From assembly GCA_965248575.1 (NCBI GenBank), contig CBDFJQ010000002.1, positions 928,001 through 992,000 of the forward strand: 64,000 bases of DNA, given 5' to 3'. A model generated the notes under the pieces. That model ran no database searches, had not been told where the DNA came from, and saw only the letters and a program-made list of their open reading frames with translations. The translations under genes and the position numbers were made by a program. Origin of the DNA: Planctomycetota bacterium (GTDB lineage: Bacteria; Planctomycetota; B15-G4). Shown in pieces: positions 1 to 8,833 of the stretch; within the stretch, counting starts at the first letter, position 1; every line of letters starts with the position of its first letter.

Positions 1-1
1 G

Positions 2-658
2 CGGAACGGGCTCGAGTCGGTCCTGGACCTCGGCCCCTTCCTGGGGCCCGAGGACTTTGCGAAGCGTGCCGGCTTGGGCCGCCCCCAGATGGAGAACCTC
101 GCCCGCTCGGGCGCCTTGCGCGGTTTCGAACTGCGGCGTCGCGAAGCCCTGTGGCAAGTGGCCCAGATGGCCCGGCAGGTGCCCGGGGCCCTGGCCGATG
201 CCCTGCCCGTCGAACAGGACGTCGCCCTCCCGCTGATGAGCGAAGTGGAATCCCTGCAAGAGGACTACCGCATGGCGGGGGTCACCTTGGGGCGACACCC
301 CGTGGAACTCCTGCGCACGCAGCTCGAGAGTGTGGGCGCGCTACCGGCCGCCTCCCTCAGCACGCTGCCCGGCTCCCGCGGCAGCGTGTGGGTTGCCGGC
401 ATGGTGATTTGCCGCCAACGCCCTCCCACGGCGGGCGGTCTGACCTTCCTGACCCTCGAAGACGAGACGGGCTTCGCCAACCTCATTGTCATGCCCGACG
501 TCGCCCAGGCTTCAGCCGAAGCCATGCGCGCCTGCCTCGTACTCGCCGAGGGCCGGCTCGAACGAGCAGACGGCGTCCAGAATGTCCGCGTGCAGCGCTT
601 GCTCGCCTTGGACGGACGGACACACATCGAGGGCATACGCAGCCACGACTACCACTGA
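2..658 (+). CDS. dnaE2: Error-prone DNA polymerase III alpha subunit DnaE2/ImuC, C-terminal part (truncated at window start)
   Basis: Frame open from nt 2; OB-fold motif VAGMVICRQRPPTAGGLTFLTLEDETG and C-terminal SHDYH, matching the DnaE2 S(R/H)DF(H/R) tail. Confidence 0.9.
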   Translation, partial: RNGLESVLDLGPFLGPEDFAKRAGLGRPQMENLARSGALRGFELRRREALWQVAQMARQVPGALADALPVEQDVALPLMSEVESLQEDYRMAGVTLGRHPVELLRTQLESVGALPAASLSTLPGSRGSVWVAGMVICRQRPPTAGGLTFLTLEDETGFANLIVMPDVAQASAEAMRACLVLAEGRLERADGVQNVRVQRLLALDGRTHIEGIRSHDYH

Positions 659-743
659 GCAAGCCAAACCTGCCGACGAGGACGTCGCCGCCGAGCCAGG
701 CCCCCGTTGCCAAGCCGGGACACCTGGGGCCCGCGCGAGACGC

Positions 744-3700
744 CTACTGGCGCGTGAAGACTTCCAGGATGGAGGAGACGCCGTTGCCGGACTGCGTGGC
801 ACCTGCAGGCAGGAAGATGCGGCTCTCGAAGAGCACGGGGAAGCTGCCGTGCCGAGCCGTCGGCATGGCCGCTTCCAAGCGCCAGGTGTTGCTCACCGGG
901 TCGTAGACATCCACCCGATCGTAGGCGCCCGAGGGAGTCGCGCCGGGGCCATTGAGGGTCTCACCGCCGAAGACGTAGAACTCCCCAGCGGAGTAGACCG
1001 CCTTGCCGGCGCCACCGCGCCCGATGGGCATGGGGGCCAGGGTCGAGCCCATGTCGTTGCTCGACACCCAGGTGTTCGCCACAGGGTCGTAGATCTGGAT
1101 GTCGGCGAAACCATTGGCCAGGACGTTCGTGTCGCCGCTGCCGGGCCCGCGTCCGCCCAGCACATAGAGCATGCTGCCATCCGTACCGGCGGCCGCGTGG
1201 TTGCGGGCGTCGATCATGGGGGCCAAGGGCGCCGACCAGGAATCCATGACGGGGTCGTAAGCTGCGACCTGATCGGTGGTGAACAGGTTGTCGACGATGC
1301 CACCAGCGACGTAGATCAGACCGTTGATCACAGCCGAGGAACAGGACGAACCGTTCCAGGGCATATCGGTGCCGGTCGTCCAGGTGTCGAGCACCGGGTC
1401 GTAGATCTGGACCTTGCCCTCGGCGTTGTCGTTCTCACCACCGAACAAGTACAGCTTCCCGTCAAAGACCTCGGCCGTGTGATGGTGCCCCTTGTACGGG
1501 CGCTTCGGCGAGGAGGGGGCGCTCCACGAATCCGCTTCGATGTCGTAGATGTTGGTGTTGTCCCGGTTGTCGCCGACGACGTAGATCATGCCGTCGATCA
1601 CTCCACCTGCGACCTCACCCAGCGACCAGTTCATCTGGTCCACACCAGGAATCCAGCGGCCGGGCTCATTGCCGGCCGGGACGAAGAGGTAGCGGAAGGC
1701 GCCAGGCAGCGTCGACTGCTCGGGGCCGGAGGTGACCACCACGTCCAACAGATCCGTCGTGGGCGAGATGGCAGCGGGCACCGTGCCGTAGATCCGACGG
1801 CTGGTGACCGACGTGAGCGCGGCGGGGACGCCGCCGATGGTCACGGAGGTCATCGCCAAGGTGCCGAAGTTCTCACCGCCAATCACGAAGTCCGTCCCGC
1901 CCGTGGCCAGGGCGCGCCACGGGAAGATGTCGTAGGCCGTCACGCCGACGGCGCCGATGTCATCCGGCTCAAGGACGTCGACCTGATTGCCCTGATACTT
2001 CAGCCCGATGATCACACCGCCGGGGCCCGTCATGACACCCAGCGAATCGGTGCGCGGCTCGATGTTGGAGACGGCGGTGGTGGAGCGGCCATCGTCTGCA
2101 ATCTCCACACGGCTCAGGTAACCCTTCCAGCGCTGCACGAGCAGGTCGCCCTGCATCTGCCCACCGAAGGTCATGGCGCGGTACTCCGCGATGCCATTGG
2201 TGGAGGAGCTGTGGCTGGAGAGACGCTGACGGAACTCGCCGGGGATCGAGGCGATGGCACCATCCCGATAGACGTACTCACGGCTGTCATAGCGACCACG
2301 GTTGCGGTTGGCGTGGCCGTAGTAGACACCCTCTTCGATGAGCAGCAGCTCGTCGGAGTGAGCTGCGTTTCCACTGTCGCTGGCGGGGCCCGAGGAACCA
2401 TTCCCCAGGCCACCATTCGGACCATTGTCCGTCGCGTAGAGGTAACCGTTGGTCGCCAGCGCCATGTCGAAGGCGTTGCGCAAGCCGGGGGCGTGCACGC
2501 TGACATGACTGCCGGGCGTGACGTCCACGTCTTCGCCGTTGCGCTGATCGGTGTCCGGCATCCCGCTCAGGGTGTCCTCATAGAGGATCACACCATTGAA
2601 GGACGGGTTCGAAAGCTCAGCCTTGAGGATGGCCCCGGAGAAGGGGGATTCGGGCAAGTCACCCATGAGCGGATCGGCGATGCCTGCGTTCGTGTTACCA
2701 CCCGTCGCGATGAGCAGATCACCGTTGTGATCGAAGACCAGCCCGTTGATGGCGTGGTCGTGGTTGCTCACGGGAAGCCCGGTGATGAGCGGCACGGGCG
2801 TGTCGAAGTTGGGCCCCGTCAGCGTGCTCACCTGCCCGTTGTAGGGAGCGGGACCGGTGGGGGTCGTGCCGCCCTGGGCGTAGAGCTCAGCGTGGGCCAC
2901 GTAGACCGTGATCGGGCTCACACTGTCGAAGGGGCTGAAGGTCAGCCCCATGATCTCCGGGTTCGCCTCGAGGGAGACGCCGGTGTACAGCACCTTCGAG
3001 ACCTCGTTGTAGTCCTCGTCGACGGTGATGGCCACGACCACCCCGGTGCGCGTTCCGACGTAGAGACGTCCATCGGGACCCCAGGCGCCACAGGTTGGCA
3101 AGTTGGGGAAGAAGCTCGTCAGGGTGTTCTTCGTGAACACGATCGGGGGGGGAGCCGATTCGGTGTACTCGAACATCATCGAGTTGCTGATACCGGCCGG
3201 AGTCTCGACGCTCACCGTGATGAAGCCAGCGGAGTGTGCCGGCGTGCTGAGCATGATGTTGTTCACGTCGATGCTGCTGAAGTCGGCCAGCACGAGGTCG
3301 TCGGCACCCCAATGAACCACGACGCTCGCCGCGGGGAAGAATCCCGCACCCTGGATCGTGATCAAGTTGCCGCCCGACGTGCTGCCCGAACCGGGCATCG
3401 TGTTGACGAAGGGAACGGCTCCCGTCTCATCGTGGGTCAAGTCCTCCTCGGCCACGGCGACCGGGACGTTGCCATCGGGAGCCATCAGGACTTCCACCGG
3501 CAGGTCGCCGAGGGCGTCCACGGCGAAGCGGGCCTCGATGGCGGCCGGGCCGACCGGGAGGGTCACCGGGCCTACGTAGGGCAGCCCGTTCACGAAGAGA
3601 CGGTTGTCCACGCCGCCCACCGTGCTGAACACGTAGTCATCTGCCACATCAATCTGCACGTTGCCCGTAAGCTGCGCGACGACCAGCTGCGTGAAGGGGG

Positions 3701-5753
3701 AGCCACCCACATTGGGGCTGGCATCGACCAGCATCTGGCTCGCCACTTCGATCCAGTCCGGGTCAGCGGGCAGCGTGTCCAGGATCGTGGCGGGAAGCGC
3801 AGGGTCGGTGTCGTAGTAACGCACCTCCACACCCGGGACGGTCATGGGCGTCACGACCTTCACGTCGGCGCAGCCCGTAAGGGACTCCGCCGGAACGTTG
3901 TCGTCTTCGATGACCAGGCAGATGGAGTGGTCGCCCACCGCAAGGTTGAGGGTCGCCAGGTCACCCGTTGCCAAGGTGGTGGGGCCGTCCTTCCACGTCC
4001 AGGAGGTCAGGTCATGACCTGGCTCGTGCGTGTGGGAGAAGCTGCCGTCGACATCCACATCCTCGAATCCGTCACCGTCGTAGTCCACCGCAGTGGCCAC
4101 GGGATCGATGACCACGTGCAGGAAGGGGTGGCCGCCGACTCCGCCCGTGCCGACCAGGTTGACGGTCTGGCTCGTGAAGTTGCCGTTGATGCTGAGGTCC
4201 ACGTCGTTCGAACCGTGTTCGCTCGGAGCGAAGATCACATCCAAGGGGGCCGTAGCACCAGGCGCGAGGGTCAGGGTCGCCGGCAGATTGATGCTGTCTT
4301 CGTCCCCGATGTAGTTGTTGCCATCCATGTCGAGCTGGAACTCATGGCCCGCACCCGCATTGACCGTGAAGTCCACCGAGCTGACATCCAGCGAAACTGT
4401 GCCGGTGTTCTCGGCCGTCAGGTTGAGCGTGGTGGAGTTGCCTTGATCCAGGAAGCCGAAGTCATGCGCGAGGGTGGGCGTGATCTCCAACTCGGCGAAC
4501 TGAAGCCGGGCCTCGATGGCCGAGACGATGCAGGCAGCTGCGACCGCGGTGAAGTCGAGATCCAGCACGCCATCCGCGACGGTGGCGATGAAGGTCTCCT
4601 GGTGCGCCGTGTCCTGGCCCACCAGCGCGAAGATATCCAGGTCATCCAGGACCAGGGCGCCTTCCGCGCTGATGTCCATCACCCGCTCCAGCGCCGCGCT
4701 GGCGGTGAAGTCAGCAAAGTGCAGCGTGACCTCATACTGGCCGTTGGGGACCCCTAGCGCGTACTGGAAAGCGAGGCCCGCGCGGTAGCTCTTGTAGAGA
4801 TCAGGATCCGCGGTGCCTGCCACGGAATCCCCGATCAACACCTCGACACCACCTGTGAACCCGTAGTCGGCCGCCCACATCTGGAAGCCGCTGTCGAGGA
4901 AGATGCTGTCCGTGCCGGAGCTGATCAGGATGTCTGCGCCGGGAGCGCCAAGCCCAACGCCGGTCAATGGCACGATGGGATCGATGTCGAAGGGGATCAG
5001 CGTGTCATGCACGATCTGCAACTTGCTGGAGCGAGCACCCGGTGCGCCCGGAGTGAACGTCACCTCGACGTCTTCGCTTGCTGCAGGCGCAATGACGAAG
5101 GGTGGCGCGCCGGACGAGAAGACCGCCGAGAAATCAGAGGCGTCGCCATCGAAGACGACCGCATCGTTGACCTGGTAGGGGATGTCCGAGTTGTTCGTGA
5201 GCGTGATGATCTGCGACGCGCTCGTCGAGCCGATCTCCCGCGCGGCGAAGTCGAGTTGCAACGGCGACGGGTCCACGGTCGTCTCGAGCAGCAATTGGAG
5301 AGCTTCCGAGATCACGATGCTTGCGGGGCTGAAGGACTCCACGATGGCGAACTGGAACACCAGCTTCGGGCCCAGGTAGTCCGGCACAGTGAAGTAGAGG
5401 TGGATCTCGCCCTGCGGATCCGTCGGGAATTGGATCGTGATGATGGGCTGCACGTTGATGGTGCAATCCATGCCGACCCCGTCGATATGCCCCACGGGGA
5501 TCTCGAGCAGGGTGCCATTCACATTCGTGTTCTTGGTACCCACGGCGAGGGCTACCAAGGTGCTCGGAGGGAGACCCACCAGGTGGATCACGGCGTTGCC
5601 ACCAGGAGTCAGGCTGCCCCCGAATGTGACCGCTGGAGGAGGGCTCAGCCCTGCACAGCCAGGCGCGTAAATGGACGCCTGGGCAAAGACCCCGGGCCCA
5701 ACGACCAACAGGGCCAAAAGGGGGAGAATCACACGACGGAGAGAGTGTGTCAT
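744..5753 (-). CDS. Giant secreted multidomain protein: N-terminal beta domain, ASH/Ig-like, malectin, PKD-like, PA14-like, IPT/TIG x2, glucose/sorbosone dehydrogenase-like propeller, C-terminal Kelch repeats
   Basis: Start set at ATG 5753 (signal peptide MTHSLRRVILPLLALLVVGPGVFA); malectin motif DPDLYKSYR...NGQYEVTLHFAD...RVMDI; IPT motifs PGSGSTSGGNLITIQGAGF and GGTDFVIGGENF; propeller motifs WGPDGRLYV and GLRNAFD; Kelch repeats (GKLYLFGG...YDP...W). Confidence 0.8.
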   Translation of the reverse strand: MTHSLRRVILPLLALLVVGPGVFAQASIYAPGCAGLSPPPAVTFGGSLTPGGNAVIHLVGLPPSTLVALAVGTKNTNVNGTLLEIPVGHIDGVGMDCTINVQPIITIQFPTDPQGEIHLYFTVPDYLGPKLVFQFAIVESFSPASIVISEALQLLLETTVDPSPLQLDFAAREIGSTSASQIITLTNNSDIPYQVNDAVVFDGDASDFSAVFSSGAPPFVIAPAASEDVEVTFTPGAPGARSSKLQIVHDTLIPFDIDPIVPLTGVGLGAPGADILISSGTDSIFLDSGFQMWAADYGFTGGVEVLIGDSVAGTADPDLYKSYRAGLAFQYALGVPNGQYEVTLHFADFTASAALERVMDISAEGALVLDDLDIFALVGQDTAHQETFIATVADGVLDLDFTAVAAACIVSAIEARLQFAELEITPTLAHDFGFLDQGNSTTLNLTAENTGTVSLDVSSVDFTVNAGAGHEFQLDMDGNNYIGDEDSINLPATLTLAPGATAPLDVIFAPSEHGSNDVDLSINGNFTSQTVNLVGTGGVGGHPFLHVVIDPVATAVDYDGDGFEDVDVDGSFSHTHEPGHDLTSWTWKDGPTTLATGDLATLNLAVGDHSICLVIEDDNVPAESLTGCADVKVVTPMTVPGVEVRYYDTDPALPATILDTLPADPDWIEVASQMLVDASPNVGGSPFTQLVVAQLTGNVQIDVADDYVFSTVGGVDNRLFVNGLPYVGPVTLPVGPAAIEARFAVDALGDLPVEVLMAPDGNVPVAVAEEDLTHDETGAVPFVNTMPGSGSTSGGNLITIQGAGFFPAASVVVHWGADDLVLADFSSIDVNNIMLSTPAHSAGFITVSVETPAGISNSMMFEYTESAPPPIVFTKNTLTSFFPNLPTCGAWGPDGRLYVGTRTGVVVAITVDEDYNEVSKVLYTGVSLEANPEIMGLTFSPFDSVSPITVYVAHAELYAQGGTTPTGPAPYNGQVSTLTGPNFDTPVPLITGLPVSNHDHAINGLVFDHNGDLLIATGGNTNAGIADPLMGDLPESPFSGAILKAELSNPSFNGVILYEDTLSGMPDTDQRNGEDVDVTPGSHVSVHAPGLRNAFDMALATNGYLYATDNGPNGGLGNGSSGPASDSGNAAHSDELLLIEEGVYYGHANRNRGRYDSREYVYRDGAIASIPGEFRQRLSSHSSSTNGIAEYRAMTFGGQMQGDLLVQRWKGYLSRVEIADDGRSTTAVSNIEPRTDSLGVMTGPGGVIIGLKYQGNQVDVLEPDDIGAVGVTAYDIFPWRALATGGTDFVIGGENFGTLAMTSVTIGGVPAALTSVTSRRIYGTVPAAISPTTDLLDVVVTSGPEQSTLPGAFRYLFVPAGNEPGRWIPGVDQMNWSLGEVAGGVIDGMIYVVGDNRDNTNIYDIEADSWSAPSSPKRPYKGHHHTAEVFDGKLYLFGGENDNAEGKVQIYDPVLDTWTTGTDMPWNGSSCSSAVINGLIYVAGGIVDNLFTTDQVAAYDPVMDSWSAPLAPMIDARNHAAAGTDGSMLYVLGGRGPGSGDTNVLANGFADIQIYDPVANTWVSSNDMGSTLAPMPIGRGGAGKAVYSAGEFYVFGGETLNGPGATPSGAYDRVDVYDPVSNTWRLEAAMPTARHGSFPVLFESRIFLPAGATQSGNGVSSILEVFTRQ

Positions 5754-5835
5754 CGGAGGATGCTCGAACGCTGTGCAGAGAGTGTGGAAACGAGGAACCA
5801 ATTCGGGTGATCCCTGCGCGAAAGCCTGCAGGGTC

Positions 5836-5841
5836 ATTCTA
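5836..5841 (-). promoter_or_regulatory. Candidate sigma70 -10 element (TAGAAT) for the giant secreted protein gene
   Basis: TAGAAT on the minus strand ~80 nt upstream of ATG 5753, in an AT-richer patch; no clear -35. Confidence 0.35.
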
Positions 5842-5978
5842 GCCAGAAATTGGGACTTGGGGCCTCTTTGCTATCGGTCAGCGTGCTTCGCTTGCTGGAG
5901 CGTGGCCAGCGCTCCGCTGGAAGTTCTGGAGCCCCGCTCTCGAGGCGTTTTCACCAGAGATGCGGCCCCTGCCGAAGA

Positions 5979-7778
5979 TCAGAGGTCCCACGAGCGATGC
6001 AGGACGCCGTTGCGCAACACCCAAAGTGGGCGGCCCAGGCGCCGGACGTCCGCCCGTGGGTCCTCTTCCAGGACGAGCATATTCGCCACATAACCCCGGG
6101 CCAGGCAGCCATATGCGCTCTGACCGATAGCCCTCGCCGCGTCGGAGGTGCTGGCCCGCAGCACCTGGCTAGCGCTCAAGCCGGCGTCGCTCATGGCCTG
6201 CAGCTCCTCGACGACAGAGGGCCCATGAAGGGTCAGGGGGTTGCCGGCATCCGTACCCAGCACGACGGGCACGCCAGCCTCCGCCAGCCGGAGCAGGTTG
6301 GCCGCCATGATCTCCCGACGGGCCGCGGCCGCCGAGCGGCGGGCGGGGCTTGTGGCCCGGGTGGGGTAGGGCGTGTTGACGCGCTCAGCCACCCAGGGTG
6401 AAACCCGGCCCAGACTCTCTCGCAAGTGCTCGGGCCACTCGCCAGTAGCCAGGCGCTGGTATCCCTCGGACACGATCAAGGTGGGGCAGTAGGACACGCC
6501 CGAGGCGAGGCAGGCCTGGACGAAGGCCTCGTCCAGCGCTTGATCCTCGACACTGTGGACAAGCAGCTGGGCCCCCGCGGCGACGGCGACCCGCGCCGCT
6601 TCCAGTTGGGTGGCGTGCACGATCAGAGGCACGCCGTGTGCGCGCGCCGCTTCCCCCGCGGCGTGAACAAGGGGAGCCAGCTCGGCGAGGCTCCGATCCA
6701 CCAACACCAACCAGACCTTGATCACGTCGCTGCCGTGCGCCACTTGTGTTGCCACGGCCTCGGTCACGGACTGCACGTCCTGCATGAGGATGAACTGGCT
6801 CTGCGCTGGGAGCCGGAGCTGACTGGGAACCCAACTGGCAAGCAGCGGCCCCGCGGCGCTGACCCGGGGGGCCTCGGCCTGGCCGGTGGTTTCGGCCGCC
6901 ATGCCCCGGGTCCACGGGTATCCACCACAATCGAGGACGGACGTGATGCCGCTGCGCAAGAAGGCGCGGTGGAATCGCTCGGGGTGGCGCTCCAACTCAG
7001 CCATGGTGGCGGCATAGGGAAAGTCCTCGCGCACGTCGAAGGCGTCGGGGCGCCCGTCCGCCCAACCGGTCTGTGAGTAATGAACGTGGGTGTCCACCAG
7101 GCCTGGCGTGAGAAAGCGCCCGCGCACATCGATCACTTCGTAGCCCTCGGGAACCGAAGTGGTTTCGCGCGGGCCGACCGAACGGATCATCCCACCCTCG
7201 ACCAACACAGTCGCGTCCTCGAGCTCGCCACCCAGCCCATCGAGCGCCGTCGCCCCGACGAATGCCAGAGCTGGGGCGGGTGTGCCAGGTGCCTCCGGGT
7301 GAGCTGTGGTGACACCGATGCGCCAACCGTCGGGCGTCTCAAGAAACAGTCGCTCGGAAACACCGTGACTGGCAACACCCCCGAAGACCGCGTGGTACCG
7401 GTAGCTTCCGAACACGACACCCGGACGAATCCAGCTGAGCTGCAGGTTGCGCGACGCCAGGCGATCGGGCCAGGTGTCGTCGAGCGCCGCGGCGAACTCA
7501 TCGAACCCCCGCTCCTGCCCCTCGGAGCCAGCTCGCACGAGCAGCGGACTGCCGAGGTAGCAGCTCAGATAGGCCTCCCGATCTTCGTCTCGGATGGCCT
7601 GGAGATTCCGTTCGAACAGCGCGCGAGCCTGGCTGAGGTCGTCGTCGCGCCGGGCACTCGCCGATGACGAGGCTGCGTCCTGGGGCGGCTCTGCCTGAAG
7701 CGCGCCGACACTTTCTGGCACCGCTGCTGCAAGGGCCATCGCCAAGACAAGACGCCGAAGCTGGAGACATGGAAGCAT
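5979..7778 (-). CDS. Secreted amidohydrolase-family protein with N-terminal NTF2/SnoaL-like domain
   Basis: Signal-peptide-like N-terminus; NTF2-like segment ending ERLFLETPDGWRI; PGLVDTHVH, DVIK, VHA, LVH and LGTDAG amidohydrolase motifs. Confidence 0.8.
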   Translation of the reverse strand: MLPCLQLRRLVLAMALAAAVPESVGALQAEPPQDAASSSASARRDDDLSQARALFERNLQAIRDEDREAYLSCYLGSPLLVRAGSEGQERGFDEFAAALDDTWPDRLASRNLQLSWIRPGVVFGSYRYHAVFGGVASHGVSERLFLETPDGWRIGVTTAHPEAPGTPAPALAFVGATALDGLGGELEDATVLVEGGMIRSVGPRETTSVPEGYEVIDVRGRFLTPGLVDTHVHYSQTGWADGRPDAFDVREDFPYAATMAELERHPERFHRAFLRSGITSVLDCGGYPWTRGMAAETTGQAEAPRVSAAGPLLASWVPSQLRLPAQSQFILMQDVQSVTEAVATQVAHGSDVIKVWLVLVDRSLAELAPLVHAAGEAARAHGVPLIVHATQLEAARVAVAAGAQLLVHSVEDQALDEAFVQACLASGVSYCPTLIVSEGYQRLATGEWPEHLRESLGRVSPWVAERVNTPYPTRATSPARRSAAAARREIMAANLLRLAEAGVPVVLGTDAGNPLTLHGPSVVEELQAMSDAGLSASQVLRASTSDAARAIGQSAYGCLARGYVANMLVLEEDPRADVRRLGRPLWVLRNGVLHRSWDL

Positions 7779-7855
7779 GGAAAGGATCCTCGCGAACGGA
7801 AGGTCTGTGTCGCACTCTAGGCACCCAGTGCCTCGTCATCTCGCATGAGTCCACC

Positions 7856-8833
7856 ATGATTGCAGCCTTCACTTCACGCTTCGCACTCCAACTCCTGATT
7901 GTTTCGGTTGTATTCGTGGGTGCGATCCCAATCGCGTGTGGCGGAGACTCGGACTTCTCGGATCCAGCAGTTCTCAAGTCCTGCACCGAGGACGCGCTGG
8001 TGGCGCTGGAGAAGGGCGCTGGCATCATCCTGCCCGAACCGGTCCCGGTGATCCTGCTCACGACGCAGGAGGCCAAGATCCGGCGACGGGAATACGTGGC
8101 ACAGCTGGAGGACAAGACGGGCATGACGGCGGCCGTCGACTTCATGGCGGACGCCATGATGTCTGACCGCATGTTGGGCCGATATCTCCCGGACGAGAAG
8201 GTGATCTACGTGCTCGAGAACGTCCTGCTCGACATGGCAGGAGGGAACGAGGCCCAGGCCATGAAGATGCTGTTCCCCGTGCTCGCGCATGAGCTGGTGC
8301 ACGCCTACGACGACCAGGTCTATGACAGTGTCCCCGACCCGGCAGAGCTCGGCCTGTTGACCGAAGACCCCAGCGCTCTCATGGACATCCACACGCGCAT
8401 GTCCCTGCTGGAAGGCCGCGCGAGCTTTGCTTCCTTCCTGGCCTGCGAGCACGCCGGTGTGAAACCGCTGCCCAAGCCCAGCATGGAACAGGCCCGCAAC
8501 GCCGTCTTGCTCAAGAGTGACGGCAGCCTGGGCATGGACGTCTTGAGCGGCCTGGGCAACAGCGTCGGCCGCATGAAGTTCATGCAGTATGTGTACGGCT
8601 GGGAGTTCGCGGAGCGAGCCTACGCGTACGGCGGCGAGCCGTTCTTCAAGCACGTCTTCCAACGCCTGCCTCTCTCCATGGAGGAGCTCGAGGACTTCGA
8701 TCTGTTCGTGATCCGCTGGGCCGAAGAGATGGAAGCCGAGCTGGATGCCGAGGACATCGACGCGGAGCAGGCCACTGCGCCCGGGCCTGCGGAAGCGAAC
8801 GACGAGCTGAACAACCGGCCAGCTGAGGGCTAG
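7856..8833 (+). CDS. Putative lipoprotein zinc metallopeptidase (gluzincin-like)
   Basis: Start at ATG 7856; hydrophobic signal ending PIAC (lipobox-like); LAHELVHAYDDQ plus downstream LLEGRA third-ligand motif. Confidence 0.65.
   Translation: MIAAFTSRFALQLLIVSVVFVGAIPIACGGDSDFSDPAVLKSCTEDALVALEKGAGIILPEPVPVILLTTQEAKIRRREYVAQLEDKTGMTAAVDFMADAMMSDRMLGRYLPDEKVIYVLENVLLDMAGGNEAQAMKMLFPVLAHELVHAYDDQVYDSVPDPAELGLLTEDPSALMDIHTRMSLLEGRASFASFLACEHAGVKPLPKPSMEQARNAVLLKSDGSLGMDVLSGLGNSVGRMKFMQYVYGWEFAERAYAYGGEPFFKHVFQRLPLSMEELEDFDLFVIRWAEEMEAELDAEDIDAEQATAPGPAEANDELNNRPAEG

Noticed and set aside
486..4757. 1423-aa plus-strand ORF
   Set aside because: Antisense shadow of the 744-5753 gene; V/G/H/R-rich with no motifs, expected from high-GC codon bias
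5808..5836. GAAA-capped hairpin upstream of the giant gene
   Set aside because: Short stem (CCCTGC/GCAGGG) with the GAAA loop on the non-coding strand; not enough to call a regulatory RNA
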